This document shows positions 1 to 10,008 of a stretch of DNA of 64,000 nt, piece after piece. A program made the position numbers and the translations under genes. The DNA is from Candidatus Eiseniibacteriota bacterium (GTDB taxonomy: Bacteria > Eisenbacteria > RBG-16-71-46). How positions within the stretch are numbered: position 1 is the stretch's first letter; each line of letters starts with the position of its first letter. The notes under the pieces are model-generated. The model was given only the letters and a program-made list of their open reading frames with translations, was not told the DNA's origin and searched no databases. The stretch is from assembly GCA_963725865.1 (NCBI GenBank), contig CAVSAC010000014.1, forward strand, positions 1,280,001 through 1,344,000. Reading direction: 5' to 3'.

Positions 1-600
1 GCCCGCGAGCGGCGCCCAGTTCACGCCCTTACCCGGGGTCCCATTGCCCGGATCGCCATGCCACACACCGACCACGCCGAACGTGCGGTTGCCGGGCCAC
101 GCGGTGCCGAGCTTCGACGCGTCGAAGCGACCCTGCGGGATCACGTAGTTGGCCTGGTTGCCGTTCTCGATCGCCCACCAAGGACGGTTCTCGTCCGTGC
201 GGATCGCGCCGCTGGAGTTGGTGTGGGCAAAGCGCGTCGGCCACCAGCCCTGGAGCGAATCGCCGTGCACGGGCGAGTCGAACGTCCACAGGCCGTCGTC
301 GTTGCCGGTGCCGGCGCGCGCGGGGCCGACGCCGACCTCCCAGTAGTTGCCGGTCTGGCCGGCGCGATGGCCGACCCAGAGGGTGTCGACGTCCCCGTCG
401 TACATGACGCCCGCACGCGGAGGCATGCGCAGCGCGGGTATCGCGCGGCGCGGAGCGCCCTCGACGGTGATGTCGCCGGTGGCGGGGCTCGCGAGGAACG
501 CGCGCGTGGTGGAGTCGTCATCGCCCTGCGCGAGTGCCGGTGCCGAGAGCACCAGAGCCAGCACGAAGGCGGCGGTCGGGATCAGCGGCCTGATCCACAT
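1..600 (-). CDS. Secreted hypothetical protein, N-terminal part (runs off the left edge)
   Basis: Read manually: MWIRPLIPTAAFVLALVLSAPALAQ signal peptide, open frame to window edge, GAAGGGA RBS upstream. Not in the ORF track. Confidence 0.8.
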   Translation of the reverse strand, partial: MWIRPLIPTAAFVLALVLSAPALAQGDDDSTTRAFLASPATGDITVEGAPRRAIPALRMPPRAGVMYDGDVDTLWVGHRAGQTGNYWEVGVGPARAGTGNDDGLWTFDSPVHGDSLQGWWPTRFAHTNSSGAIRTDENRPWWAIENGNQANYVIPQGRFDASKLGTAWPGNRTFGVVGVWHGDPGNGTPGKGVNWAPLAG

Positions 601-673
601 TGCATGTCCCTTCCGGGGGATCCTCGGGCCGGGCCAGCCTCCCGAGGATGCCGGCCCCGCCCACTCCTGTGAG

Positions 674-796
674 CTACCTCAGCACGATGACCTTGGGCTT
701 CGCTTCGACCCGGTCGGCGGCGACGAGCAGGTGTGCCGCGCACATCAGCGCGAGCAGGGGACGAGGTCCGATCCGCAGGGGCGAAGCGACGATCAT
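674..796 (-). CDS. 40-aa mini-ORF (signal-like N-terminus fused to a KVIVLR tail); possible deletion remnant
   Basis: MIVASPLRIGPRPLLALMCAAHLLVAADRVEAKPKVIVLR*, with GGAGG 8 nt before the ATG. Confidence 0.5.
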   Translation of the reverse strand: MIVASPLRIGPRPLLALMCAAHLLVAADRVEAKPKVIVLR

Positions 797-988
797 GGCG
801 ACAGCCTCCATCGTTCGGGGGATGGAGAATTCTTCGCGCATGGCAGCAACATGCGCGCTGTCCTGGGTCCGGTCGGGCGAGGGGATTGGAGGGAGCCGCG
901 TCCGGCCGAGCGCGGCCCGATGAGCCGCCTCGTTGGGAGATGATACGACCGAAGCGGGGGCGATGACACGCCGAAATCCGCCGCCGGT

Positions 989-1356
989 CTACTCCGAATC
1001 TTCGGTGAGGTGGAAGCGGTGGATCGCCCGGTGCACGACCGGCGCCAGCAAGACGGCGACGCTCACCAGGAAGATCACGCCCGAGAACAGCGCGTAGCCC
1101 GAGGCGAACCACTTCTCGGAGTCCGGCACCACCGGCCGGGGATCGACCGGGCCCATGCCACCCAGGATCATGGACGCGTTGTAGAGCGAATCCAGCCATG
1201 ACAGCCCGCCGGTGACGTGGTAGCCGACCACGCCGAGCCCCAGCGAGACCCCCAGCGTCGCGCACGCGAACAGGCCGTTGCGCAGCAGCCGCGCGTGATA
1301 GCGCTCCTTGGGCAGCAGCGGCTGATGGCGGTGCTCGAATCGCATCAACTTGTGGA

Positions 1357-1360
<4 letters not shown>
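989..1360 (-). CDS. Small membrane protein, two-TM ion-channel-like domain
   Basis: MIHKLMRFEH...; two hydrophobic helices around SWLDSLYNASMILGGMGP; ATGA overlap with the ADH stop. Confidence 0.75.
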
Positions 1361-2385
<1,025 letters not shown>

Positions 2386-2548
2386 CGATCCCTCATCCCC
2401 GCTCGCGCCGGATGCGGCGCTGATAGAAGTAGGAAGGCGTCATCCGAGCCGAGCCGATGGCGACGATTGCTGGCGGGTCCCATGTGGCATAGGCCTCTCG
2501 ACGGAGGTCGTCTCGGCCAGGGTGCGCCTGCAATCGCAGAGGACGCGC

Positions 2549-2578
2549 ACTCTAGTCGCGGGTCAGGCGGGCGGGCAA
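2549..2578 (-). promoter_or_regulatory. Putative outward sigma70-type promoter TTGCCC-N18-TAGAGT
   Basis: Same -10, near-identical -35 and same spacing at 7639-7668 and 37034-37063. Confidence 0.6.
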
Positions 2579-2643
2579 CCAGCGTGCAGGCAGGTCCGTG
2601 AACGGAGCCGTCACAGGATGTCGGAATATCGCCCAGATACCGC

Positions 2644-2780
2644 TTGACGCCCCTCCCCCCGGAAGGTGTTGACTCCGGATGTGCGAGGCCTCCGCCCGCG
2701 TCCCCACCACGAGACCGTGCCCCACACCACTGGGTTCCCCAAGTCGGTCTCGAACGACGTCTCGAAGGGAGGCCATGACC
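2644..2780 (+). promoter_or_regulatory. Cassette leader: TTGACG-polyC-TTGACT, conserved 5' UTR hairpin and RBS
   Basis: 2662-2833 identical to 7751-7922; 62 bp identical to 37143-37204; CGAGACCG/CGGTCTCG stem. Confidence 0.6.
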
Positions 2781-4852
2781 ATGGGCCGCATCCCCTCGCA
2801 TTGGTATGCTCTTCTCATGTTGTTGTTCATCCCGAGATCGTCGTCGGCGATCCAGTTGCAGTGGAGCTCGGGGAGTACCTGCCTGAACTTCACGAGTGGT
2901 ACCCGATGCACCCTGATCGTTCGAGCGGATTCCGCCGAAGCACGACTTCCGTCTGAGTGGCGGCTTCAATGGGTCACCGATAGCTGCGAAGTTCAGGCCC
3001 TGCCATTGAATCCTGGGACCACATGCGACCACGAAGTGGCGGAAGTGGCGGACCTCGATGGTCCTGCGAACAGCGCGGACTCCGCTGCGCACATGCCCAC
3101 CGTCCGCTTCTGCTCGACAGGAGAAGCGGCCGCGATGGCCGCGCGGTACGTGTTCGACTTGCCGGGCGGGGCTCGAGCTCGGTTCCGGGTGGTGGCGATT
3201 GCTCCATCGTCTGACGATGAGGTCATTGAGTCGAACGAGGTCCTCGTCAACGGGGGCGTAGTCGCGACGTACCCACCCGCGCTCTTGCGCGTCAATACGG
3301 TGCATCAATCCACGGTATACCGCCTCGACGCCGTGGGCATTGGGCTTGCCGGAGCACGTTCGCTGGCACTGCGAGCGCCCGACGGGTCATGGTCTCAGCC
3401 GCTCGCCATCACCGACCAGACCGACGGGAGCATCTCGGCGCACGCGTCGCTTGCGGCCAATGTGCCGACGTGCGGCGTGGAGTTGGTCGGCGAAGCGGAG
3501 ACGGTCGCGAGTGCGACCTTGCTGGCCGAGCGCGAGCCGCAGTTGTTGGCGCCCGAGAGCGGCTGCATGCAGAATTTCTTCGAGCGGGTGTTCGACGATC
3601 CCTACGAGATCCAGCCCAAGGACTTCGCGTTCGTGCTCGGTGGCTGGACGCCCGCGGGGCTGTGGACGTTCCATCTCTTCTACATCCGGCAGAATCAGTG
3701 GATGACCGCCAGAGACGGTGACGACAGGAACACCGCAAAGAACCTCGGCCACGCGGTCTCGAACAACCTGGAGGATTGGCCCTCGAAGGATTCACTGGGC
3801 GTTCTTGTCATCGATACCACAGCCATCAAGACACGGCTCGGTCGGTTTGACAGCAATCACGTGTGGGCGCCGAGCATCGTGAGGCGCGGCCTGACCTACT
3901 ACATGTTCTACACCGGCGTCGACGACGCCGGCCAGCAGCGGACCGGGCTCGCTACTTCGACCGACCTTGTGACTTGGACGCAGGGTGACAGCGTCTATGA
4001 CGTCCCAAGGGCAGGGGACTGGATCGAGCCGACCACGAAGGACTTCCGAGATCCGTTCGTGATGGCGGACCCGAATGTGCCCGGAGATTGGCTCATGTAC
4101 TCTCCGCAGCCGTCGACACGAACCGAACGCTGGTGACTGGCGTGGCGAGGTCGCACGGCGACTTCACACAGTGGCTACCATCCGACGCCCTCTGGGCCAC
4201 TCGGCATCCCCATGCACGAGTTGAGTCGCCGCACGTGTTCAATCGGCAGGACAAGTGGTGGCTCTTCTACACATCGAGCGATACGGTATATGCGGTGTCG
4301 AACCTAGGCAGCCCGTCGGACACGACCACGACGAACTGGAGCCCCCCAGCCCGACTTCAATCGCTGGTCGTAGATCAGCCGGGCATCTACTTCAACTGGC
4401 ATGCGACCGAATACCTGGAGGTCAGCGCGGCGAACGACATCCGCTACCTCGCCGCCTACAACGACTACCCCGTGTCCATCAGCATCACCCAGATGCGCCC
4501 GGCGAGCCTGCCCTACCTGTTCAAGGACGGCTGCCCGGAGGCAACGAGTGTCGACGAAGCCGCTCCGACGGCATTGGAGCCTCGCCTGCTGCTTCTGGGT
4601 GCGCGGCCTGCGAACTCGCACGCGACGTTCCGGGTCGAACTGCCGGCGCGGATGTCCGTGCGGCTCGCGGTCTACGACGTGCTCGGTCGACGCGTGAAAT
4701 CCCTCGTGGTCGGTGAGCTGGCCGCTGGAGCGACGGACCTGGAGTGGGACGGGACGAACGAGAGCGGGAGCCGGACTGGGAGCGGCGTCTACTTCATCCA
4801 TCTCGCCTCGGACTCCTTCCGGCGCACCGTCCGGCTGCCGCTCGTCCGGTGA
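2781..4852 (+). pseudogene. Secreted GH32/GH43-like five-bladed beta-propeller hydrolase with C-terminal FlgD-Ig domain, copy 1; one frameshift near 4101
   Basis: FHLFY, GHAVS, VWAPSI, MFYTG, FRDPFV and ESPHVF motifs; TACTCTCC where paralogs read TAC TTC (YF); ORFs 2679-4136 and 4088-4852 join. Confidence 0.8.
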
Positions 4853-7341
4853 GTCGATTGAGGCCGGCCTCGCAAGCGGCGATCCGAGCGGTCTTCGCGC
4901 TGTTGTTCGGCGCGACGACCGCCTTCGCCCAGTACATCGACTCGAGCGTCTGGGGAACCGATGGTGTGGTGACGAAGGTCCTTCGGTCCGGCAACACGCT
5001 CTACATGTCCGGGTCGTTCAGCCATGTGGGCCCTAACTCAGGGGGCGGCGTCGAGGTCGACGATGTGAGGGGCGAACCCACGGGGCGACTCCCGAAGGTG
5101 GCGGGAGTTGTCGAGGTGGTGATCCCCGATGGCGCCGGTGGCTGGTTCATCGGAGGCGCCTTTGCGGGGGTGGGCGGACTGCCGAGGCAGAACCTCGCCC
5201 ACATCTTGGTAGACGGAAGCGTCGACGGATGGGCCCCCGATCCTGACGGACCCATAAGCTCGTTGGCGATCGATGGGCGCACACTCTATGTGGGCGGCAG
5301 TTTCGCTCGTGTTGCCGGACTGGCCCGCGACAACGCCGCCGCGCTCGACATGGGAACTGGCGCAGCAACCGAATGGAATCCAAGGCCGAATGCCCGAGTG
5401 CGAGCCTTGCTTATCCACCAAGGGCGCCTGCTGATCGGTGGCGACTTTTCCATGATTGCAGGCGAGTCACGCAACAGCATTGCTGAGGTCGATCTGGGCT
5501 CCGGAGTCGTGACGGAGTGGAATCCAGACGTCGGATTCTTCGGCATTCCTGGCGAGGTCCGATCGCTCGCAGCAACAGGTGACACCGTCTTCTTCGGGGG
5601 CGAGTTCTCGTCGGTGGGGGGGCAACTGCGACGGCGTCTCGCGGCCGTGGTGGAACCGGCCTCTACCCCGCTAGCCTGGGATCCGAATATCACGGGCCCT
5701 GTTGCCACGTACTTCGGCGATGTAGTCGTTTCCACGATCGCCCTGCTGCCGGGCAGAGTCATCGTTGGCGGCCATTTCACGACTGTGGGCGGTCAGCCTC
5801 GCATGGGACTTGCCCTGGTCGATCGAGCCAGCGGCCTGGCGACAGACTGGAATCCTGTGTTCACCTCGACATTGAGTGATGGCTCCGCCGACATCACATC
5901 GATCGCGGTCGAGGGAGACTCCGCCTACGTGTCGGGGGGCTTCTTCGATGTCAACGGGCGGTCACGGCGCTACTGCGCCAAACTGGATCTTGGATCCGAC
6001 GGTGTCTCCGCCTGGGACCCGCAGCCCACGGATCTGGTCCACGCGATCGCCACACAGGGCGATCGCGTCTTCCTGGGTGGCGTCTTCTCTGGCCTCGGCT
6101 CCCAGTGGCGGCGACGGATCGACATCGCCGCATTCGATGTCACCACCGGTGCGGTGAAGGAATGGAACCCGAACCCCGATGGTCTAGACGTTCGTACGAT
6201 GGCGCTGTCCCATGGGCGTGTCTATGTCTGCGGATTCTTCGCAGAGATCGGAGGGCAGCCGCGCGACGGGTTGGCTGCGATTGACACGCTCACCGGTGCG
6301 GCCACGGACTGGTATCCGATGACTGACGGCTGGACAAAGACGCTCGAAGTCGTTGGCGACACTTTGTACATCGGCGGAATGTTCACGAACGTGGATGGAC
6401 AACCGCGTGAGAGATTGGCGTCGTTCGACCTGAACACTGGAATCCTGACGGACTGGTCCCCTAACGCCAATAGCGATGTCTTCGACATCGCGTTGAAGGG
6501 AAACACCGTCTACCTCGCGGGCTTCTTCTCGGCGGTCGGCGGCGTGCCTCGTCGCTACGGCCTGGCGGCGGTGGACGCCATTTCTGGGAAACTGTTCGAT
6601 TGGAATCCGCAGCCCGACAATTGGGCGAACGCGATAGAGATCGTCGACAGTGTCCTCTACGTAGGTGGGGTGTTCAACACCATCGGCGGGCAATCACGGG
6701 TCAACCTCGCGGCTCTCGACCTCCGGACGGGACTCGCGACGGATTGGCGAGCGGATGCGAACTCGGCAGTGAACGCACTGTTGGCCGTGGACGACACGCT
6801 CTTCGCCGGCGGGCTGTTCTTCACCATAGGGGGGCAGCCACGCAACGGCGTCGCCGCGCTCGACCTTCGCACGGGAGCGCTGCTCGACTGGGACCTCGGC
6901 CTCAGCGCGGGCGAGTACTCGGCGGCCATCCCGCATCCGGTGGTGTACGGGCTCACGCTTGCCGATCACACGCTCTACGTCGGTGGGCGATTCGGTCGCG
7001 CCGGCGTGGCACCGACCGGTGGCCTTGTAGCCTACGCGTTCCGACCACCCATGCTCCCGCCGCCACCGCTTCCGACGGCCGTGGCAATGGCGCCGATGGC
7101 GCCCAACCCGGTGCACGCGACCGCCACCATCCGGTATGCGCTACCCGCCGCCGCTGCGGTCAGCCTCTCGGTGTTCGACATCCAGGGGAGACGGGTCGCC
7201 TTGCTGCTCGATCGCGCGCAGAAGCCCGCAGGCAGGCACGAAGCGTCGCTCGATACCGGCCGCTGGCCACGGGGCTTCTACTTCTGCGTGCTCGACGCCG
7301 GCGGCACGAGGTCGATCAGGAAGTTCGTGGTCCTGCCCTAG
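4849..7341 (+). CDS. Secreted multi-blade beta-propeller repeat protein with T9SS-A/FlgD-like C-terminal domain, copy 1
   Basis: GTG overlapping the upstream TGA; signal peptide ...TTAFAQ; many WNP-x-D...LYVGG-F...GGQPR..LAA-D repeats; ends PNP...RKFVVLP. Confidence 0.85.
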   Translation: MSRLRPASQAAIRAVFALLFGATTAFAQYIDSSVWGTDGVVTKVLRSGNTLYMSGSFSHVGPNSGGGVEVDDVRGEPTGRLPKVAGVVEVVIPDGAGGWFIGGAFAGVGGLPRQNLAHILVDGSVDGWAPDPDGPISSLAIDGRTLYVGGSFARVAGLARDNAAALDMGTGAATEWNPRPNARVRALLIHQGRLLIGGDFSMIAGESRNSIAEVDLGSGVVTEWNPDVGFFGIPGEVRSLAATGDTVFFGGEFSSVGGQLRRRLAAVVEPASTPLAWDPNITGPVATYFGDVVVSTIALLPGRVIVGGHFTTVGGQPRMGLALVDRASGLATDWNPVFTSTLSDGSADITSIAVEGDSAYVSGGFFDVNGRSRRYCAKLDLGSDGVSAWDPQPTDLVHAIATQGDRVFLGGVFSGLGSQWRRRIDIAAFDVTTGAVKEWNPNPDGLDVRTMALSHGRVYVCGFFAEIGGQPRDGLAAIDTLTGAATDWYPMTDGWTKTLEVVGDTLYIGGMFTNVDGQPRERLASFDLNTGILTDWSPNANSDVFDIALKGNTVYLAGFFSAVGGVPRRYGLAAVDAISGKLFDWNPQPDNWANAIEIVDSVLYVGGVFNTIGGQSRVNLAALDLRTGLATDWRADANSAVNALLAVDDTLFAGGLFFTIGGQPRNGVAALDLRTGALLDWDLGLSAGEYSAAIPHPVVYGLTLADHTLYVGGRFGRAGVAPTGGLVAYAFRPPMLPPPPLPTAVAMAPMAPNPVHATATIRYALPAAAAVSLSVFDIQGRRVALLLDRAQKPAGRHEASLDTGRWPRGFYFCVLDAGGTRSIRKFVVLP

Positions 7342-7361
7342 ATTCGCGGACTCGCGGGCCG

Positions 7362-7524
7362 GCCGCACGCCTTCACCTCGACCACCGCCTCGTCGGCGCC
7401 GCAGCGCGGCTCCGGGAGCTCGCGCGACTCCAGCACCTCGGGGCCGCCGTGCCGGTCGAACACCATCGCGCGCATCGTCACCTCATCCTCGCTCGCGCCG
7501 GCTGCGGCGCTGGTAGAAGTAGGA
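7362..7524. repeat. Junction repeat copy B (truncated ADH 5' end + DUF2339 tip)
   Basis: Minus strand encodes MRAMVFDRHGGPEVLESRELPEPRCGADEAVVEVKACG and SYFYQRRSRRERG*. Confidence 0.92.
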
Positions 7525-7869
7525 AGACGTCATCCGAGCCGAACCGATGGGGACGATTGCTGGCGGGTCCCGCGCGGCATGAGCCCTTCGACGGAGGTCG
7601 TCTCGGCCAGGGTGAGCCTGCAATCGCAGAGGACGCGCACTCTAGTCGCGGGCCAGGCAGGCGGGCAACCAGTGTGCAGGTGGGCCCGTGAACGGAGCCG
7701 TCACAGGATGTCTGAATATCGCCCAGTTATCCCTCGACGCCCCCCCCTTTGAAGGTGTTGACTCCGGATGTGCGAGGCCTCCGCCCGCGTCCCCACCACG
7801 AGACCGTGCCCCACACCACTGGGTTCCCCAAGTCGGTCTCGAACGACGTCTCGAAGGGAGGCCATGACC

Positions 7870-10002
7870 ATGGGCCGCATCCCCTCGCATTGGTATGCTC
7901 TTCTCATGTTGTTGTTCATCCCTAGGTCATCGTCGGCGATCCAGCTGGAGTGGGGCTCGGGAAGCACCTCTCTGAGCTTCACGAGCGCCACCCGATGCAC
8001 CCTGGTCGTTCGAGCCGATTCCGCCGAAGCACGACTCCCGTCGGAGTGGCGGCTGTTGTGGGCCACCGATAGCTGCGACGTTCGGCCATTGGCGCTGCCG
8101 TCCGAGACCGCGTGCCAGCAGGAAGCCGCTGAAGTTTCAGTGATCGATGAGCCCGCGACGGGTTCGGACTCGTTGGCTCACATGCCGATAGCGCACTTCT
8201 GCTCAGCAGGCAGCGTTGCTTCGACTACAGCGCACTACATCCTCGATCTGCCGGCTGGAACGCGCGGGCGGCTCAAGGTCGTCGCTCTCGACTCGTCGGA
8301 TCCGAGAGGGGATCGGGTAGTTCAAACGAACGAGGTGGTCTTCAACGGTGGCGTGAGCAGTCCCTACCCGCCCTCGGTCTTGAGAACTACGAGCGTGCAT
8401 CGATCCACTGAGTTCCGCCTCGACCTCCTCGGAGTGGGTCTCGGCGACGTAACTACGCTCTCACTCGCGGCGCCGGATGGCTCGTGGCAGCAGTCGCTGG
8501 ACATCAAGAGCCAAAGCGACACGGCCATCGCAGCCGGAGCCGCCCTTGCTGCGAACGTACCCGAGTGCGTCCTCCGGCTAGAGTCCAGTGCGAGCAGCGT
8601 GGCAACAGCCTCGGTAGCGGCTGACCCGCTTCCGCCGAGCGCGGGCAATGCCCTGACCGGGGCGTGTCTGAGAGGCAGGTTCGAGGAGTCCTATCCGGGC
8701 CACGCCGCCGATCTGATCCAGCCACGGGACTTCGCCTTCGTCCTCGGAGGATGGACTCCCGTGGGTACCTGGGCGTTCCACCTCTTCTATGGCCGCCTCA
8801 ACCAGTACTCGAGCAACACCGAGAAGAACATCGGTCATGCGGTTTCCGACAGCCTGACAAGTACCAGTTGGGTGGTACTCGACACGGCGGCCGTCAGGAC
8901 CCGCGGCGCGCACTTCGACAGTCTCGGCGTACATCCGTCCTTTGACAGCCTCCATGTATGGGCGCCCTCGATCACGCTGAAGGGCCTGACGTACCACATG
9001 TTCTACACCGGTGTCGACAAGGACAACAGCCAACGCATCGGTCTCGCGACCTCGACGGACCTCGTCCATTGGACACAGCGCAACGGCAGCGTGCTCGACG
9101 CTGCCACGCTCGCAACCAATGATCACTGGCTCGATCCGGCTCCCGCTGGTTACAGCCAACAGGCCCAGCTCCGCGATCCATTCGTGATGCAGGATCCTGA
9201 TGTGCCTGGGGATTGGTTGATGTACTTCGTCACCGTTCCGACCAAGTACACCCCCGACATGGTGGTCGGTGTGGCGCGATCTCATGGGGATCTTGCGACA
9301 TGGGAGAGTTCCTTCCCGCTCTGGAACACCCACCATCATTGGAGCGGAGGCTCCACTTACTATGTGGAATCGGTCCATGCGTTCGAACGCAGCGGAAAGT
9401 GGTGGCTGTTCTACACCGTCGACCATGATTCGGTGTGGGTTCAGTCGAATCCGACCAGCCCGAGCGATCCGGACAGCACACATTGGAGTCAGGTCCAGAA
9501 GCTGACCACCGTGGTCCCGCCCGCCCAGGCGGATTCGTTCCTCTACTGGCATGCGACCGAGTACCTCCAGGTCAGCGATGTTCGCGACATCGAGTACCTC
9601 GCCGCCTGGAACGATCTGGGGGTCGAGATCAGCTACACGCAGATGCGTCCGGCGAGCGCCCCCTACCTGTTCAGCATGGACTGCCCCAGTGTCGCGGGCG
9701 TGAGCGCGTCCACCCCCGCGGTGTTAACCCCGCGGCTCCAACTGACGAGTGCGAGCCCGGCGCGCTCTCGCGTCGACCTGCGGATCCACTTGCCCTCGAA
9801 GATGCGTGCCCATGTCGCGGTCTTCGACGTGATGGGTCGCCGCTTGGCCACGCTTGTGGACGGGAGTCTGCCGGGGGGTGCGACCGATGTGCACTGGGAC
9901 GGGCGTGACCGTGGCGGCGCGGAGGTGGGGAGCGGAGTCTACTTCGCGCGGTTGACCACGACGTCGTCGCATCAGGCTGTGCGCATTGCGCTGATCCGGT
10001 AG
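7870..10002 (+). CDS. Secreted GH32/GH43-like hydrolase + FlgD-Ig domain, copy 2
   Basis: Start MGRIPSHW with GGAGG RBS; LRDPFV and ESVHAF motifs; WDGRD...GSGVYF tail. Confidence 0.85.
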   Translation: MGRIPSHWYALLMLLFIPRSSSAIQLEWGSGSTSLSFTSATRCTLVVRADSAEARLPSEWRLLWATDSCDVRPLALPSETACQQEAAEVSVIDEPATGSDSLAHMPIAHFCSAGSVASTTAHYILDLPAGTRGRLKVVALDSSDPRGDRVVQTNEVVFNGGVSSPYPPSVLRTTSVHRSTEFRLDLLGVGLGDVTTLSLAAPDGSWQQSLDIKSQSDTAIAAGAALAANVPECVLRLESSASSVATASVAADPLPPSAGNALTGACLRGRFEESYPGHAADLIQPRDFAFVLGGWTPVGTWAFHLFYGRLNQYSSNTEKNIGHAVSDSLTSTSWVVLDTAAVRTRGAHFDSLGVHPSFDSLHVWAPSITLKGLTYHMFYTGVDKDNSQRIGLATSTDLVHWTQRNGSVLDAATLATNDHWLDPAPAGYSQQAQLRDPFVMQDPDVPGDWLMYFVTVPTKYTPDMVVGVARSHGDLATWESSFPLWNTHHHWSGGSTYYVESVHAFERSGKWWLFYTVDHDSVWVQSNPTSPSDPDSTHWSQVQKLTTVVPPAQADSFLYWHATEYLQVSDVRDIEYLAAWNDLGVEISYTQMRPASAPYLFSMDCPSVAGVSASTPAVLTPRLQLTSASPARSRVDLRIHLPSKMRAHVAVFDVMGRRLATLVDGSLPGGATDVHWDGRDRGGAEVGSGVYFARLTTTSSHQAVRIALIR

Positions 10003-10008
10003 TCGACC

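Noticed and set aside
2679..2780. Extended N-termini given by the ORF track (MCEASARV..., also 4744, 7768, 37056)
   Set aside because: RBS position, signal peptides and stop/start overlaps favour starts at 2781, 4849, 7870 and 37257.
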